A stretch of 64,000 nucleotides of DNA from Candidatus Poribacteria bacterium (GCA_965198235.1 OZ240248.1:96001-160000), one strand, 5' to 3'. Shown: positions 32,884-44,608, numbered from the stretch's first letter. The notes: generated from the sequence alone by a model not told the origin. Translations and numbers: made by a program.

Positions 32884-33972
32884 ATGCAAAAATTGAAACT
32901 GGGTGTTATTGGTGCAGGCGGTATTGTCTGCCGAATGCACCTGCCTGACCTCGCACAAGGCACTGATTTTGAAGTCAGTGTCATCGGTGGCAGACGTGAA
33001 CACCGTCTCAAGCATCAATGTCAAGAATTCGACATACCGCGTTGGACACAGGATTACGACACGATCATCGCTGATGGGACGCTTGATGCAATTCTTGTGG
33101 GTACCCCGCATCCATTACATGTTTCATGGGGTATTAAAGCGTTGGAAGCCGGCAAACATGTGCTCATGCAAAAACCGCTCTGTGGCGATATGGATGAAGC
33201 GAATCAATTTGTCAAGGCAACTGAAGCGAGTGGCAAAACGGTCATGTGTTTTCCACATTTCAACGCCGCTATCTATAAAATTCGCCAATTGATTGCAGAG
33301 AATGCGATTGGACGTGTGTCCGGTGCGAGAATGCGAAGCAGTCATGGAGGTCCCGAAATTTACTACGCGGAGATTCGTGACATCTTCGGTGAATCTGGCG
33401 ATGATTTGTGGTTTTTCGATGCAAAACAGGCGAGTGTCGGCGCGCTTTTTGACATGGGAGTTTACGCTGTTTCTGGTCTCGTCGCGATGCTCGGCACCTT
33501 CAGGCGGGTGACCGGCTTCATTTCTACGTTCGACAAACCGACAGAATTAGAAGATGTCGCCACGCTTGTGCTTGAGATGCAATCGGGAGGAATTGTCACT
33601 GCGGAGACGAGTTGGTGTGATCCCGCGCGCACGGGTGAAGCGAGTGTGCACGGCACGGCTGGCAAATTCACGATGCCCGGCAAAGATGGCGCGACACTCA
33701 GTCAATGGACACCAACCTCTTATACACGCGAACACGCTCCCGTCGATGTCAAAGCGATCGACTGTTCCGACACAACACCAAGCGGAATGCACACACATTT
33801 TGCGGAGTGTATCCGTGAGGGAACGCAACCGCCGCTCTCAAACGTGTATACGGCGCGGCATGTCACTGAGATTCTGCTTGCGGGTCTCGAATCCTCTGAG
33901 GCGGGTAGGGCGATTGAATTGACAACAGAAGCGGACAATTGTGGAAATTGTTCATCGTCGGCCTGTTGTTAA
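32884..33972 (+). CDS. Gfo/Idh/MocA oxidoreductase
   Basis: GVIGAGGI, KHVLMQKP, GALFDMGVY. Confidence 0.88.
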   Translation: MQKLKLGVIGAGGIVCRMHLPDLAQGTDFEVSVIGGRREHRLKHQCQEFDIPRWTQDYDTIIADGTLDAILVGTPHPLHVSWGIKALEAGKHVLMQKPLCGDMDEANQFVKATEASGKTVMCFPHFNAAIYKIRQLIAENAIGRVSGARMRSSHGGPEIYYAEIRDIFGESGDDLWFFDAKQASVGALFDMGVYAVSGLVAMLGTFRRVTGFISTFDKPTELEDVATLVLEMQSGGIVTAETSWCDPARTGEASVHGTAGKFTMPGKDGATLSQWTPTSYTREHAPVDVKAIDCSDTTPSGMHTHFAECIREGTQPPLSNVYTARHVTEILLAGLESSEAGRAIELTTEADNCGNCSSSACC

Positions 33973-34030
33973 GAGAGTTATCAAACTAATGACAGAAGGA
34001 ACAGGTAATTAGGAAGGAAAAAGAGGTGTG

Positions 34031-34063
34031 TTCATGTAGGCGCGCTTTCCGCGCCTACATGAA
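34031..34063. terminator. REP-like hairpin or bidirectional terminator between convergent genes
   Basis: TTCATGTAGGCGCG-CTTTC-CGCGCCTACATGAA, perfect 14-bp stem. Confidence 0.7.
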
Positions 34064-34076
34064 ACGCTCTAAACGT

Positions 34077-34535
34077 CTAACCTAAACTGGCGTGAAGTTC
34101 ATACCAGTCATCAAGGTTGTTGAGATTAACAGCGTCTAAGATAGAGCCGTCGTCATCAATACCGCTTGCACCGAGGATGCTCCCGCGGGTATCGTCATCG
34201 TGATTATAGCCACCAATTGCAGCGTTCAGTTCATCAACCGCCGATTGATCGAGGCTTCCACCGCTCTGTTCCAAAACCCACGCTTCAAATTGTGGATAGG
34301 TGGGGGAATTGTCACTGATATATGCCAGCGTAGCATCCTTGTCCAGACCGAGTCCATCTAACACCATTTGATCGAAGCCGGCTCCGCATGCCGGATAATC
34401 TTCATGCAGCTGACCCTTGGCATCCATTAGCACTTTCGACCAGAATCGGGGAAGATGCGACACGCCGAGCGGTCCTTTAACCCCGGAACTAATTGTCGGA
34501 ATCATTTTTGCCATTTTGCTTTTCCTTCCGAACAT
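34077..34535 (-). CDS. DUF5069-like hypothetical protein
   Basis: GVSHLPRFWSK...GFDQMVLDGLGLD pattern; ATG 34535 after AGGAGG (alternative 34514). Confidence 0.6.
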   Translation of the reverse strand: MFGRKSKMAKMIPTISSGVKGPLGVSHLPRFWSKVLMDAKGQLHEDYPACGAGFDQMVLDGLGLDKDATLAYISDNSPTYPQFEAWVLEQSGGSLDQSAVDELNAAIGGYNHDDDTRGSILGASGIDDDGSILDAVNLNNLDDWYELHASLG

Positions 34536-34742
34536 TGAATATCTCCTCCTTTTGAACATTGTGAACAATAGGCGGGCATCATCAGCACAATTGGTGCCGT
34601 TACCTGCCATGCGAAATTCCACGCCATTATAGCACAACGCGCAAAAAAAGCAAAGAAAAAAATTTTAAGCGAATTTCGTGAACCTCTCTTTAACTGAAGG
34701 TGTTAAAAAGTTACAAACCCAGTACAGATATGACCAAAAAAC

Positions 34743-34790
34743 CTGCCCGAAATGTAATGGAGGGCAGAGCAGAAACTCAATCATTAAAAA
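34743..34790. repeat. Direct repeat copy 1 (second copy 36504-36593)
   Basis: CTGCCCGAAATG...TGGAGGGCAGAGCAGAAACTCAATCATTAAAAA. Confidence 0.75.
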
Positions 34791-35071
34791 TCCGCATCGG
34801 GTTTAACAACTTTAAATCTGAGTTCACCCGGCTTGATATAGCCGAGTCGTTTTCTGGCGAGGCGTTCCTTTGTTAACTTGTCGTTTCGTAGCATTTCGAC
34901 GCGTTGCTTAAGTCGATCGCGTTCCGCCTCTAATTCCCGTATCTCAGCACGGTAGGCTTCTTCCGCAAGCTGTGCTTGTTGCCAGTCGTTATAACCGTTC
35001 ATAAATTGCTTGACACTCACGAGAAGTAAGGCAAGTGCGATCAAGAATAAAATTGGACGAAAAATACGCAT
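34784..35071 (-). CDS. ftsB: Septum formation initiator FtsB/DivIC family
   Basis: N-terminal TM, coiled coil, ERLARKRLGYIKPGE; follows eno as in many bacteria. Confidence 0.82.
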   Translation of the reverse strand: MRIFRPILFLIALALLLVSVKQFMNGYNDWQQAQLAEEAYRAEIRELEAERDRLKQRVEMLRNDKLTKERLARKRLGYIKPGELRFKVVKPDADF

Positions 35072-35101
35072 TTTTTAATTAATTGCTCCGAAACTCAATA
35101 A

Positions 35102-36593
<1,492 letters not shown>

Positions 36594-36604
36594 ATTAGTC
36601 AATA

Positions 36605-37297
36605 CTATTCTTCAATAACGGCATCTGCAAGTAGATACGCAGATGCTAAAAAGATTAAACTATACCCGGCGAGCAACTTCAGCCAGAACCCGCCCTCTAA
36701 TCCACCGGTTACCAAAAGTGAGACGGTGCATTTCGCACCGCCCATAATGATTGGAATCACGAGCGGAAGTAGAATAACGGACAGCAGGCTTTCACCGCCG
36801 TTTGCACTTGTGGACATACCTGCTAACAGGACACCAACAGCGCAAAAACCGAGCGTGCCGATACCCAGCACGCCGAACAGTTTCAATAATATGCCCACGG
36901 TCACTACGTCAAGCAGATCCAAGAATTGGAGTGCGATGGGCGTGATGACAATTTCCAATAAAAATAAGAAGACAACGTTGCTAACGACTTTGGAGAGGTA
37001 GAGGTTACTTGCATCAACGCCGGTGAGCCGAATACCGTCCAGCGCACCGTGCGCGCGTTCTAATGCGAATGAACGGTTCAAGCTAATAATTCCTGCAAAG
37101 ACAAATGCTGCCCAGAGGACACTGGCGGTTAATTTACCACGTTCTACCTTTTCTGGGAAAATCGGACCGAACGCAAAAGCGAAGATGAGGACAACCAGTA
37201 CGCTGAAAACGAAGATGAGTACCAACGTCTCTTTTGAACGGAATTGAAGTCCAAGGTCCTTACGAATCAACGCGCCAATTTGACGGAGTGCCTTCAT
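36605..37297 (-). CDS. ccmB: Heme exporter protein CcmB
   Basis: RKDL..QFRSKE, LNRSFALE...GALD, LLSVILLPLVIP; multi-TM; follows ccmA. Confidence 0.85.
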   Translation of the reverse strand: MKALRQIGALIRKDLGLQFRSKETLVLIFVFSVLVVLIFAFAFGPIFPEKVERGKLTASVLWAAFVFAGIISLNRSFALERAHGALDGIRLTGVDASNLYLSKVVSNVVFLFLLEIVITPIALQFLDLLDVVTVGILLKLFGVLGIGTLGFCAVGVLLAGMSTSANGGESLLSVILLPLVIPIIMGGAKCTVSLLVTGGLEGGFWLKLLAGYSLIFLASAYLLADAVIEE

Positions 37298-37322
37298 ATT
37301 TTTCTCAATTTGAAAGGTCTAT

Positions 37323-38042
37323 CTATAGATCCTTCGGAGCGTTGTCTATCAACCTCTCCTTATACGTTTGCAGTAATGTCTCTGCTTCGATTTCATCTTT
37401 CTGTGCAACCTCTTCCAATTCTCCATCTATCATGAAGAGAAACCTTGTCCCTACGAGATAGCCCAACTCTGTGTTGTGTGTTGTAATGACGATGCCTGTG
37501 CCTTTTTGTTGTTCCCGTGCAATACGATCAAGGACGAACTGTCGGGCAGAAGCATCCAGTCCAGAGAAGGGTTCATCGAGTAACAGCACTGAGGGGACGT
37601 GGAGAAGGGCTCTAGCGATCATGAAGCGTTGCGTCATGCCGCGTGAGAAGATGCGAAGGGGTTCATGTAAAAAACGCTGCAGCCCGACTTCAGCAAGAAG
37701 TGTTGTTGCACGGTGTTCCAACTGCTTAACGCCATACATCTGCCCGAAAAACTTGAGGTTCTCATAAGGACTGAATGAAGGGTAGGCGAGATTTTCATGA
37801 ATAACGACCCCGAGCGCGCTACGCACGTCCGAGTAATCCGCGATTGCATCCGTACCTTCAATCTCAAGTTTTCCAGATGTCGGTTTCAGGAGGGTTGCGA
37901 GAATTCTGATGAGCGTTGTTTTACCGGCACCGTTGGGACCGAAAATTGTGACCACTTCTCCGGGATGAACCGAAAATGTGGCGTTTTTGACAATCGTGCG
38001 ATGTCCGAAGTCCTTTGTGAGTTGGGAAGCACGAAGGCGCAT
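37323..38042 (-). CDS. ccmA: Heme ABC exporter ATP-binding protein CcmA
   Basis: GPNGAGKT, FSRGMTQR, LLLDEPFSGLD; adjacent to ccmB. Confidence 0.82.
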   Translation of the reverse strand: MRLRASQLTKDFGHRTIVKNATFSVHPGEVVTIFGPNGAGKTTLIRILATLLKPTSGKLEIEGTDAIADYSDVRSALGVVIHENLAYPSFSPYENLKFFGQMYGVKQLEHRATTLLAEVGLQRFLHEPLRIFSRGMTQRFMIARALLHVPSVLLLDEPFSGLDASARQFVLDRIAREQQKGTGIVITTHNTELGYLVGTRFLFMIDGELEEVAQKDEIEAETLLQTYKERLIDNAPKDL

Positions 38043-38065
38043 GGTGCGAGAGATTCCGTGTCAGG

Positions 38066-38101
38066 TAAAAAAGGCAATGGGCGGGACATGAGCCCGCCCT
38101 A
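38066..38101 (-). terminator. Putative terminator downstream of korB
   Basis: Minus strand GGGCGGGCTCATGTCCCGCCC hairpin followed by ATTGCCTTTTTT. Confidence 0.5.
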
Positions 38102-38107
38102 TACGCC

Positions 38108-38147
38108 GGGGTCCCCACCCAGGGTTCCCACCCGTTACTGGGAAGGG
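38108..38147. repeat. Intergenic repeat, inverted copy at 46670-46701
   Basis: GGGTYCCCACCCGTTACTGGGAAGGG shared; this copy has a 13-nt tandem duplication. Confidence 0.7.
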
Positions 38148-38216
38148 ATGCTGGAAAGGGGCATATCGTGGGTAAAAAGGATAGGTAAGCGCAAAACCTA
38201 CCAACACCTCTCTTCT

Positions 38217-39125
38217 TTACATCATACGCCGAATAATTGCATCACCTTGTTCTTGGGTAACGCCAAGCGGTTGATGCGCCATGGGACCGTTTTCCAAAAC
38301 AGGTTCCATTTCATCCAAGGCGGGACGGCTCGTATCTTGATAAAAGAGCCCGATCGGGATTTCGTCGCCCCACTTGACGGCTTGTTCAAGTGCCGCAGTT
38401 TTATCGCTCGGATCGTGATCTTCAAGTTCCTGGACACGCTGTTTGAAAAAGTCACTCGTGTTGTCCTTATTGAAGGTGATACAGGGGCTGAACACATCAA
38501 TAAGGGCGAAGCCTTTGTGCTGCATGCCATTGTACATCAAGTCGGCGAGTTGCCGTGGGTTACCGCTAAATCCTCTTGCAACGTAAGTCGCTCCAGCGAC
38601 AATCGCCATAGCGATCGGATTGAGTGGAGCCTCTATATTGCCAAACGGTGTGCTTTTAGTCGTCATATCCAGCATACTGGTTGGCGAAGCTTGGCCAATG
38701 GTCAACCCGTAAATCTGGTTGTCCATCACAATATAGAGGAGATCGATATTTTTTCGCATCGTATGAATGAAGTGGTTTCCGCCGATGCCGTATCCGTCCC
38801 CATCACCACCGGTAACAACCACGTTCATGTGGTGATTCGCGAGTTTGGCACCTGTTGCAACCGCGAGTGACCGCCCATGGAGCGTATGCATTCCGTACGT
38901 CCGAATATAGCCAGGAAGGTTGGAGGAGCATCCGATACCACTTACGGTGAGGTGTTCATGATTGCCTTTGCCAAGTTTCGCATAAGCACTTTGTAGCGAA
39001 CTGAGTACACCGTAATCACCGCAGCCTGCGCACCAATCTGGACGAACATCACCTTGAAAGTCTTTCGCCGTAGGCGCACCTTGAATGGGTCTTTCTCGTC
39101 GAGTAGATCGTTCTCGTTTCGCCAT
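38217..39125 (-). CDS. korB: 2-oxoacid:ferredoxin oxidoreductase beta subunit
   Basis: WCAGCGD, SGIGCSS, HGR, GGDGDG, DNQIYGLT, SPC; start ATG 39125 chosen by RBS spacing. Confidence 0.9.
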   Translation of the reverse strand: MAKRERSTRRERPIQGAPTAKDFQGDVRPDWCAGCGDYGVLSSLQSAYAKLGKGNHEHLTVSGIGCSSNLPGYIRTYGMHTLHGRSLAVATGAKLANHHMNVVVTGGDGDGYGIGGNHFIHTMRKNIDLLYIVMDNQIYGLTIGQASPTSMLDMTTKSTPFGNIEAPLNPIAMAIVAGATYVARGFSGNPRQLADLMYNGMQHKGFALIDVFSPCITFNKDNTSDFFKQRVQELEDHDPSDKTAALEQAVKWGDEIPIGLFYQDTSRPALDEMEPVLENGPMAHQPLGVTQEQGDAIIRRMM

Positions 39126-39143
39126 CTGATTCATCCTCCTTTT

Positions 39144-40928
39144 TTAGACAACAATTTCTTGGTAGGGAACATAGAGGTCTGTCTTACCGGTTAAGAGTTC
39201 GCGGATACCATCAACGATATGATGTGGCATGAACGGTTCGCCGTCGTATTTGCGGATTTGACCGTCCGCCTTAAAGCCGGTTTCACCGCGTAGGAATCGT
39301 GCGAATTGACCGGTATAGTTGCACTCAACGATGATGGAATGCGCCGATTTTGCCAGCACCTCGTTCACTGCATCTTCGTCCATCGGATAGAGCCACTTGA
39401 AATGGATGTGATTCGTAGAAATGCCGGCTTCTGTTAGCAGTTGCGCGGCTTCGCTAATCACACTATGGGTGGAACCCCACCCGACGAGAGTGACTTCGGC
39501 ATCCGCCGGTCCTTCAAGAGTCGGGGGCGGGATGAGTTCGACGATACCGTCCATCTTCCGTTGCCGTTTTTCCATGATGTCGCGCCGTTTGTGAGGATTC
39601 GTGAATTCGTCACTAATCAAAGTGCCGTCTTCAGCGTGGTCATCAGTCGCAACGACGTGGACATGGCCCGGAGTGCCGGGAATCGCTCGCGGTGAGATCC
39701 CACTATCGGTGATTTCATAGCGGAGGTATTCACCTTCAGGTTGGGCATCACTGCCAATAAGAGCCCCTCGATCTATTTCGGGTTCCCAATTGATGGAATC
39801 CGGTTCAAACGTCGTGAAGCCCATAGACAACGTTAGATCGGAGAGGACCATGGCGGGACACTGGAATTTGTCTGCGAGATTGAAGACCTCAGGAATGGTA
39901 TCAAAACCGTCCATAATGCTCGTAGGCGCGACAACAATCTTCGGGAAATCCCCTTGACTTGCACCGAGAATCTGCCACAAATCGCCCTGTTCCGTTTTAG
40001 TAGGCAAACCTGTGGAGGGACCGCCGCGTTGGACGTTAATAATGACGATGGGAATTTCCATCATGCCGGCGCTACCGATAGCTTCCGACATGAGAGCGAA
40101 TCCACCGCCTGATGTCGCACACATCGCGCGGCACCCAGCGTGTGATGCTCCGATAACCATATTGACAACGCTAATTTCGTCTTCGCATTGACGGACCATG
40201 ATGTTGAGATCGCGAGCGTTGTTTGCCATCCAGTGCAGAACACCCGTTGAAGGACTCATCGGATAGGCAGCATAAAATTTGACACCGGCGGCTGCACCGC
40301 CCATTGCCATTACCGAGTTGCCGTCAGCGACGGCGAGAACTGGTGTCTGTTTCTCAAATTGGGTGTCGAATGCAGTGAAGTTTTCAGATGCGTGATTGTA
40401 ACCTGCACGCGCGACATCAATGTTCGCATCTACGACCGCTTGTCCTTTGCGTTTGAGGAATTGAACAGTGAGCATATCCTCAAACACTTTTAGATCTCCG
40501 CCCACAAGCTTCATCGCTGCCCCGAGCATACAGACATTTAGCATCAGCTTTTTTCTATCGGTCTTGTTACACAATTCTTGATAGGACAGAGGTGCCAGTT
40601 GTATGTCGTCGCGCTCTGGTGCCTGTTTGACATCATCGCTATTATAGATGAGCGTGCCGCCGGGAGCAACATGTGGAAGGTGTGTCTCCAAGCTATTCCG
40701 GTCTAAGGCAATAACCAGATCAAGCTTGTCGCCTTGGTTAGCGACCGATTCAGAACTGATTCTGGCAGTAAGGAAGGTGTGACCGCCGCGGATGAGGGAT
40801 TGGTAAGCACTATAGGTAAAGATGTGCAAACCGTGCCGGGCACAGATCCGAGTCAAAACCTGACCAACGGAGTCTATTCCCTGTCCGGGTGCCCCTCCTA
40901 CAGCGATTACAAAATCGTATTTTGCCAT
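39144..40928 (-). CDS. korA: 2-oxoacid:acceptor oxidoreductase alpha subunit (gamma-alpha fusion)
   Basis: IRGGH, AAYPMSPST, EDEI, ATSGGG, QRGGPSTGLPTK. Confidence 0.9.
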   Translation of the reverse strand: MAKYDFVIAVGGAPGQGIDSVGQVLTRICARHGLHIFTYSAYQSLIRGGHTFLTARISSESVANQGDKLDLVIALDRNSLETHLPHVAPGGTLIYNSDDVKQAPERDDIQLAPLSYQELCNKTDRKKLMLNVCMLGAAMKLVGGDLKVFEDMLTVQFLKRKGQAVVDANIDVARAGYNHASENFTAFDTQFEKQTPVLAVADGNSVMAMGGAAAGVKFYAAYPMSPSTGVLHWMANNARDLNIMVRQCEDEISVVNMVIGASHAGCRAMCATSGGGFALMSEAIGSAGMMEIPIVIINVQRGGPSTGLPTKTEQGDLWQILGASQGDFPKIVVAPTSIMDGFDTIPEVFNLADKFQCPAMVLSDLTLSMGFTTFEPDSINWEPEIDRGALIGSDAQPEGEYLRYEITDSGISPRAIPGTPGHVHVVATDDHAEDGTLISDEFTNPHKRRDIMEKRQRKMDGIVELIPPPTLEGPADAEVTLVGWGSTHSVISEAAQLLTEAGISTNHIHFKWLYPMDEDAVNEVLAKSAHSIIVECNYTGQFARFLRGETGFKADGQIRKYDGEPFMPHHIVDGIRELLTGKTDLYVPYQEIVV

Positions 40929-41319
40929 CTTGGCTCCCTTCTAATGTTTTGTATTCCATTCTGGTATAGCGAATTCACCGAAGATACGCTACAGTTCGAT
41001 AAACCTGACGACACCAGAGTGGTGGACAAATAAGCAAGTTGATTCGTTTGTTAGTTACATGGCGATATTTGCGCCTTTTTCTTAATATTGATGAACACAT
41101 AAAACATTTTTCTTTCTTTAATTATACTACATTCGATGCACTTTTTCAAGTTTTTTTAAGATTTGGCAAATTTATCGCAACGTTTATTGGAGCATCAACT
41201 TTTATGAATTCAATCTATTGAAAGCAATTTCTCAGCGAATTCTGTAGCCATGAACAAACGTCAAAATATGTGTCTGTCCCATGCTTCGGAGGAATTTTGG
41301 AAGGATATGAACTTCCGCA

Positions 41320-41931
41320 CTATGCTTGGGTCAATGCTGTGAGTGCCTGTTTCGCTTCTGGGGTTCCAATTTTTTCCAAGGCATACGCTACATGCTGTTG
41401 AACCCGTTCGGAGTCATCTTCTAATGCTTTGATTAACGCAGGTACAGCTGCCGCGGCAACTTCCTCAAGATTTGAGAGGGCGTATGCGCTATAGGTCCGA
41501 ACCTCTTCTTCGGGATCGCTTAAAGCTTCAATAAGCACCGGTATTGCACCGATTGCCGCCAGTCCCATGCCATTGAAGGCGCGGACAGCATATTCGCGAA
41601 GTTGCTCATCTAAATCTTGTAAGGCTTCGCTGAGTGCGGGAATGGCAGGGGCACCAATTCTACCTAACGTATCACTTATGCAGAGGGCATGATATCGTTC
41701 GGCTATTGCCAACTCCTCCATTAGTGCTGGCACTGCAGAAACACCGATTTCTGCCAAAATGTCTGCCGCTTGATCCGGAACATCCCACAAATTTTCTGAA
41801 AGCGCCTCGATGAGTTGTGGAATAGCCGGTTCGCCAATAGCAACCAATTCTTTTCTTGCGGCCTCGCGGACATCGTCCTCCATATCCGACAGCTCATCAA
41901 TCAAGTCGGCTATGACGTGCTCGCTGTCCAT
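41320..41931 (-). CDS. HEAT-repeat (PBS lyase-like) protein
   Basis: Repeated AIPAL.EAL.D.DE.VR..AA.AL units. Confidence 0.85.
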   Translation of the reverse strand: MDSEHVIADLIDELSDMEDDVREAARKELVAIGEPAIPQLIEALSENLWDVPDQAADILAEIGVSAVPALMEELAIAERYHALCISDTLGRIGAPAIPALSEALQDLDEQLREYAVRAFNGMGLAAIGAIPVLIEALSDPEEEVRTYSAYALSNLEEVAAAAVPALIKALEDDSERVQQHVAYALEKIGTPEAKQALTALTQA

Positions 41932-42327
41932 CTATTCTCCTTTTTTAACGTACGCCAACATTGTGATAAGACGGTCAGTTTGCTCGGGTCGCAGGTACTT
42001 GTAAAACCATTCGGAAAACTCACGTTCGGCTCTGGTGAGTTCCGCCGTGAGTGCGGGGATGGTAGATTCCCCGATTTTTGCCAACACCTCCGCAGCATGA
42101 TTCGCCATCTGCTCCATGTAAACAGGAATAGCGGATTCTTCAACGTGCGTGTAAAACTCGGCTCCGTACCCAGAGATATGCCAACATTCCTGAGTAAGGA
42201 CATCGATGAGTTGCGGAATAGCCGGTTTGCCTATGGCAATCAATTCTGCTTTCGCGGTATCTCGAACGTTTTCGTCTATATGACCCAACATGACTATCAG
42301 ATCAGCGATGTGGTGTTTGCTATGCAT
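41932..42327 (-). CDS. Short HEAT-repeat protein, paralog of the downstream gene
   Basis: ATG 42327 after AGGAG; MHSKHHIADLIVML...IGKPAIPQLIDVL matches the neighbour's N-terminus. Confidence 0.7.
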   Translation of the reverse strand: MHSKHHIADLIVMLGHIDENVRDTAKAELIAIGKPAIPQLIDVLTQECWHISGYGAEFYTHVEESAIPVYMEQMANHAAEVLAKIGESTIPALTAELTRAEREFSEWFYKYLRPEQTDRLITMLAYVKKGE

Positions 42328-43639
42328 CGGTTCTCCTTTTTTGTTCTTCGAGGAGTGTCGTGAGGCGTTCCGTTTGTTCTCGGCGCAATCGTTTATAGAC
42401 GCGCTCCGAAATTTCTTGCTTCTCATACTTATCATCGAGATGCGTGATGAATTCAAGCCTTGCGACGCGGACATGCTCGTGATCATCTGGACTCAGCTTA
42501 CGGAGCCAGCCTGCGTCTGATGGCGTTGCGGTGTCATCGGTATCAGACTTGGTACTGCTGTTTGCTGTACGGAGTTTAAAAAGAGCGGCGACGAAGAATC
42601 CACCGGCTAATGCTGCTGCAACAGTAATAAGTATCAACTGCCTCAGATTAGATGTTTGCCCCGGTAGGGCACCACGGGCAGGACCCATGTTTACATTAAG
42701 TGCTAAATCAACCGTCGTGCCAGCATTAAACGCCTTTGGCGCAGTGCTTCGATATATAAGATAAATATCATTGTGAATCTGTTCGCGCTTTGGTGCACCG
42801 AAAAACTTCGCACGCGGCGCAAAGTCGATACCTTCGGGGACAAAGAATAAGAACTCTGCCGTGGCAAAATTCAAGCGACGCGATAAATCCAGCCCGTTTT
42901 TTTCGACGTGGAAAATATAAGTGTAGCCTAAATGTGTTTCCCCTGGTGGCAATGGCATCGTGCGGATGGCTTGATTGGTAGCAGCGTTTATCGTGAGTTC
43001 TGTTGACTTATGTGGCTGAAAACCCTCAGTCCCTTTAGGAAGGGTTAAATGCAGTCCGACTGTTTGTGTGCCGTGCGTTGTCCTAAAAGGTAGGTCGCTC
43101 AGGTTTTCAATCCCAATTGCTTCAATGACTGTGACGGCACCATCGGGCGCGTGGTCGGGAGGCGGAGGCGCAATGACAAAACTATGCGACTTCACACGGA
43201 TTCGCGTTTTGTCATCTGTAAATGCCCCAATTTCAAAGTCGATTTTGATGTTTGGAGCCCAAGTTGACAAAACGAGGTCCTTCTCGGTGTGGTTAGTTCC
43301 TTCATGAACGGTAGAAACCGTATAATGGACGCTTGGATCGAGCGGTAAATTCCCAAAACGATAGTTCCCATTTTCATCTGTTGTCGTTTCTTGGGTCTCA
43401 AGAGTGTCCGTCTTATGGATAGTGAGGGTTACGGGCTGTGAGACGAGAGGTTTGTCCTGCTTTCTATCGATAACCGTGCCTTGAATATCGCCTGATTCTG
43501 TCGTTTGCGCGTACGGAGTGGGAAGTGAAAAAAGAAGCGTCAAGGCAACCGCTAATAGGCTACTTATCCACCATATAGTGATATAGCGAATCTGCGAATT
43601 GCCCCTTGCATTGCTATATGAAGATATATTCGTGTACAT
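42320..43639 (-). CDS. Membrane-anchored carboxypeptidase-regulatory-like domain protein in the ccm cluster
   Basis: Signal/TM, IQGTVID...TTTDENGNYRF, C-terminal TM and LDDKYEKQEISERVY tail. Confidence 0.7.
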   Translation of the reverse strand: MYTNISSYSNARGNSQIRYITIWWISSLLAVALTLLFSLPTPYAQTTESGDIQGTVIDRKQDKPLVSQPVTLTIHKTDTLETQETTTDENGNYRFGNLPLDPSVHYTVSTVHEGTNHTEKDLVLSTWAPNIKIDFEIGAFTDDKTRIRVKSHSFVIAPPPPDHAPDGAVTVIEAIGIENLSDLPFRTTHGTQTVGLHLTLPKGTEGFQPHKSTELTINAATNQAIRTMPLPPGETHLGYTYIFHVEKNGLDLSRRLNFATAEFLFFVPEGIDFAPRAKFFGAPKREQIHNDIYLIYRSTAPKAFNAGTTVDLALNVNMGPARGALPGQTSNLRQLILITVAAALAGGFFVAALFKLRTANSSTKSDTDDTATPSDAGWLRKLSPDDHEHVRVARLEFITHLDDKYEKQEISERVYKRLRREQTERLTTLLEEQKRRTDA

Positions 43640-43640
43640 A

Positions 43641-43988
43641 TTATGTTTGGCGTTGTTGCTGTTTGAATCTCTCAATTTCTGCTTCTACATCTGACAGAGA
43701 CTCGTTTTCGAGTTGCATGATGACACGCGCAGTCTCTTGCAAGAGGTCTTCACGTAACGCTTGATAATCGGTATCTGAGAGTTTTCCGGTTTCGTAATCT
43801 TCATCGAGATCTGTCAGTGCGGCGTAACTGCGCTCACGTTCCTGAAAAAGGGTTCGTCGTCGTTCCTCGATTACATCGTCGGACGTTGCAGCAAGTTGTG
43901 AACCTGTTTTCGAGAAAATTGGAAGTCCCAGATACACAAGGAGTGCAATTCCGAGAATTATCATCCATAGAAGCACGAGAAAAGACAT
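43641..43988 (-). CDS. CcmI N-terminal-like small membrane protein
   Basis: N-terminal TM, LTDLDEDYETGKLSDTDYQAL; follows the ccmH-like gene. Confidence 0.6.
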   Translation of the reverse strand: MSFLVLLWMIILGIALLVYLGLPIFSKTGSQLAATSDDVIEERRRTLFQERERSYAALTDLDEDYETGKLSDTDYQALREDLLQETARVIMQLENESLSDVEAEIERFKQQQRQT

Positions 43989-44044
43989 GAAACACCCTTT
44001 CTGAAGTGCACGCGGGGCATCTATTCTGCCGAAAATCGCCGCGC

Positions 44045-44590
44045 TTAGTTTTGCCGTTTGTACCTTTCCAGTTCAGCTTCGACCTGTTTCACGGTTGTAT
44101 CGGAGACCTGTTGATTTGGTTCTTCAAGCCCATCACTTGTTGCTGCTTGCTGCTTTAACCTTCGAAGCACGGCGAAGGCAATGCCACCGATGAGGATAAG
44201 AATGACGGCGGGCATAATGTAGGCAAGTAAATTGATACCCTCTGCAGGCATGATAGCGTAAAACTGCGGTCCGAACGTGTCAAGGTAATTAGTGCGAATC
44301 TGCTCGACCGTTTGACCCGCCAGCAATCGGTTACGGAAATCTTTTTCAAGCATCACTGCCGTGTCGCACACACATACTTTAATCGTCTCTCGCTGACAAC
44401 CGCAGTAACAGTAAACTGTAGTCAGTAATTCCTCTAACTTAGACGCAACCGCTGTATCTTTTACGTCTTGCGTCTGCGCCTGCACGAGGACAATAAAACA
44501 ACATACCATGAAAAGTGCAACAATCGGCGCAAAGTTAAGAATTGCAGCGTTGTTGGAGATAGCAATGTGTTCAAATCTTCTTGTTTTCAT
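44045..44590 (-). CDS. ccmH: Cytochrome c biogenesis protein CcmH-like
   Basis: Signal, CYCGC...CVC, GQTVEQI...YLDTFGP, LLAYIMP TM; follows ccmF. Confidence 0.72.
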   Translation of the reverse strand: MKTRRFEHIAISNNAAILNFAPIVALFMVCCFIVLVQAQTQDVKDTAVASKLEELLTTVYCYCGCQRETIKVCVCDTAVMLEKDFRNRLLAGQTVEQIRTNYLDTFGPQFYAIMPAEGINLLAYIMPAVILILIGGIAFAVLRRLKQQAATSDGLEEPNQQVSDTTVKQVEAELERYKRQN

Positions 44591-44608
44591 AGTCTTGTCC
44601 TTCGCCTA

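Noticed and set aside
38045-38210. Possible riboswitch or tRNA upstream of ccmA
   Set aside because: Explained by a terminator-like hairpin plus a repeat also present at 46670; no cloverleaf or known aptamer core
37797-38870. 357-aa plus-strand ORF
   Set aside because: Antisense to korB and ccmA; no domain signature
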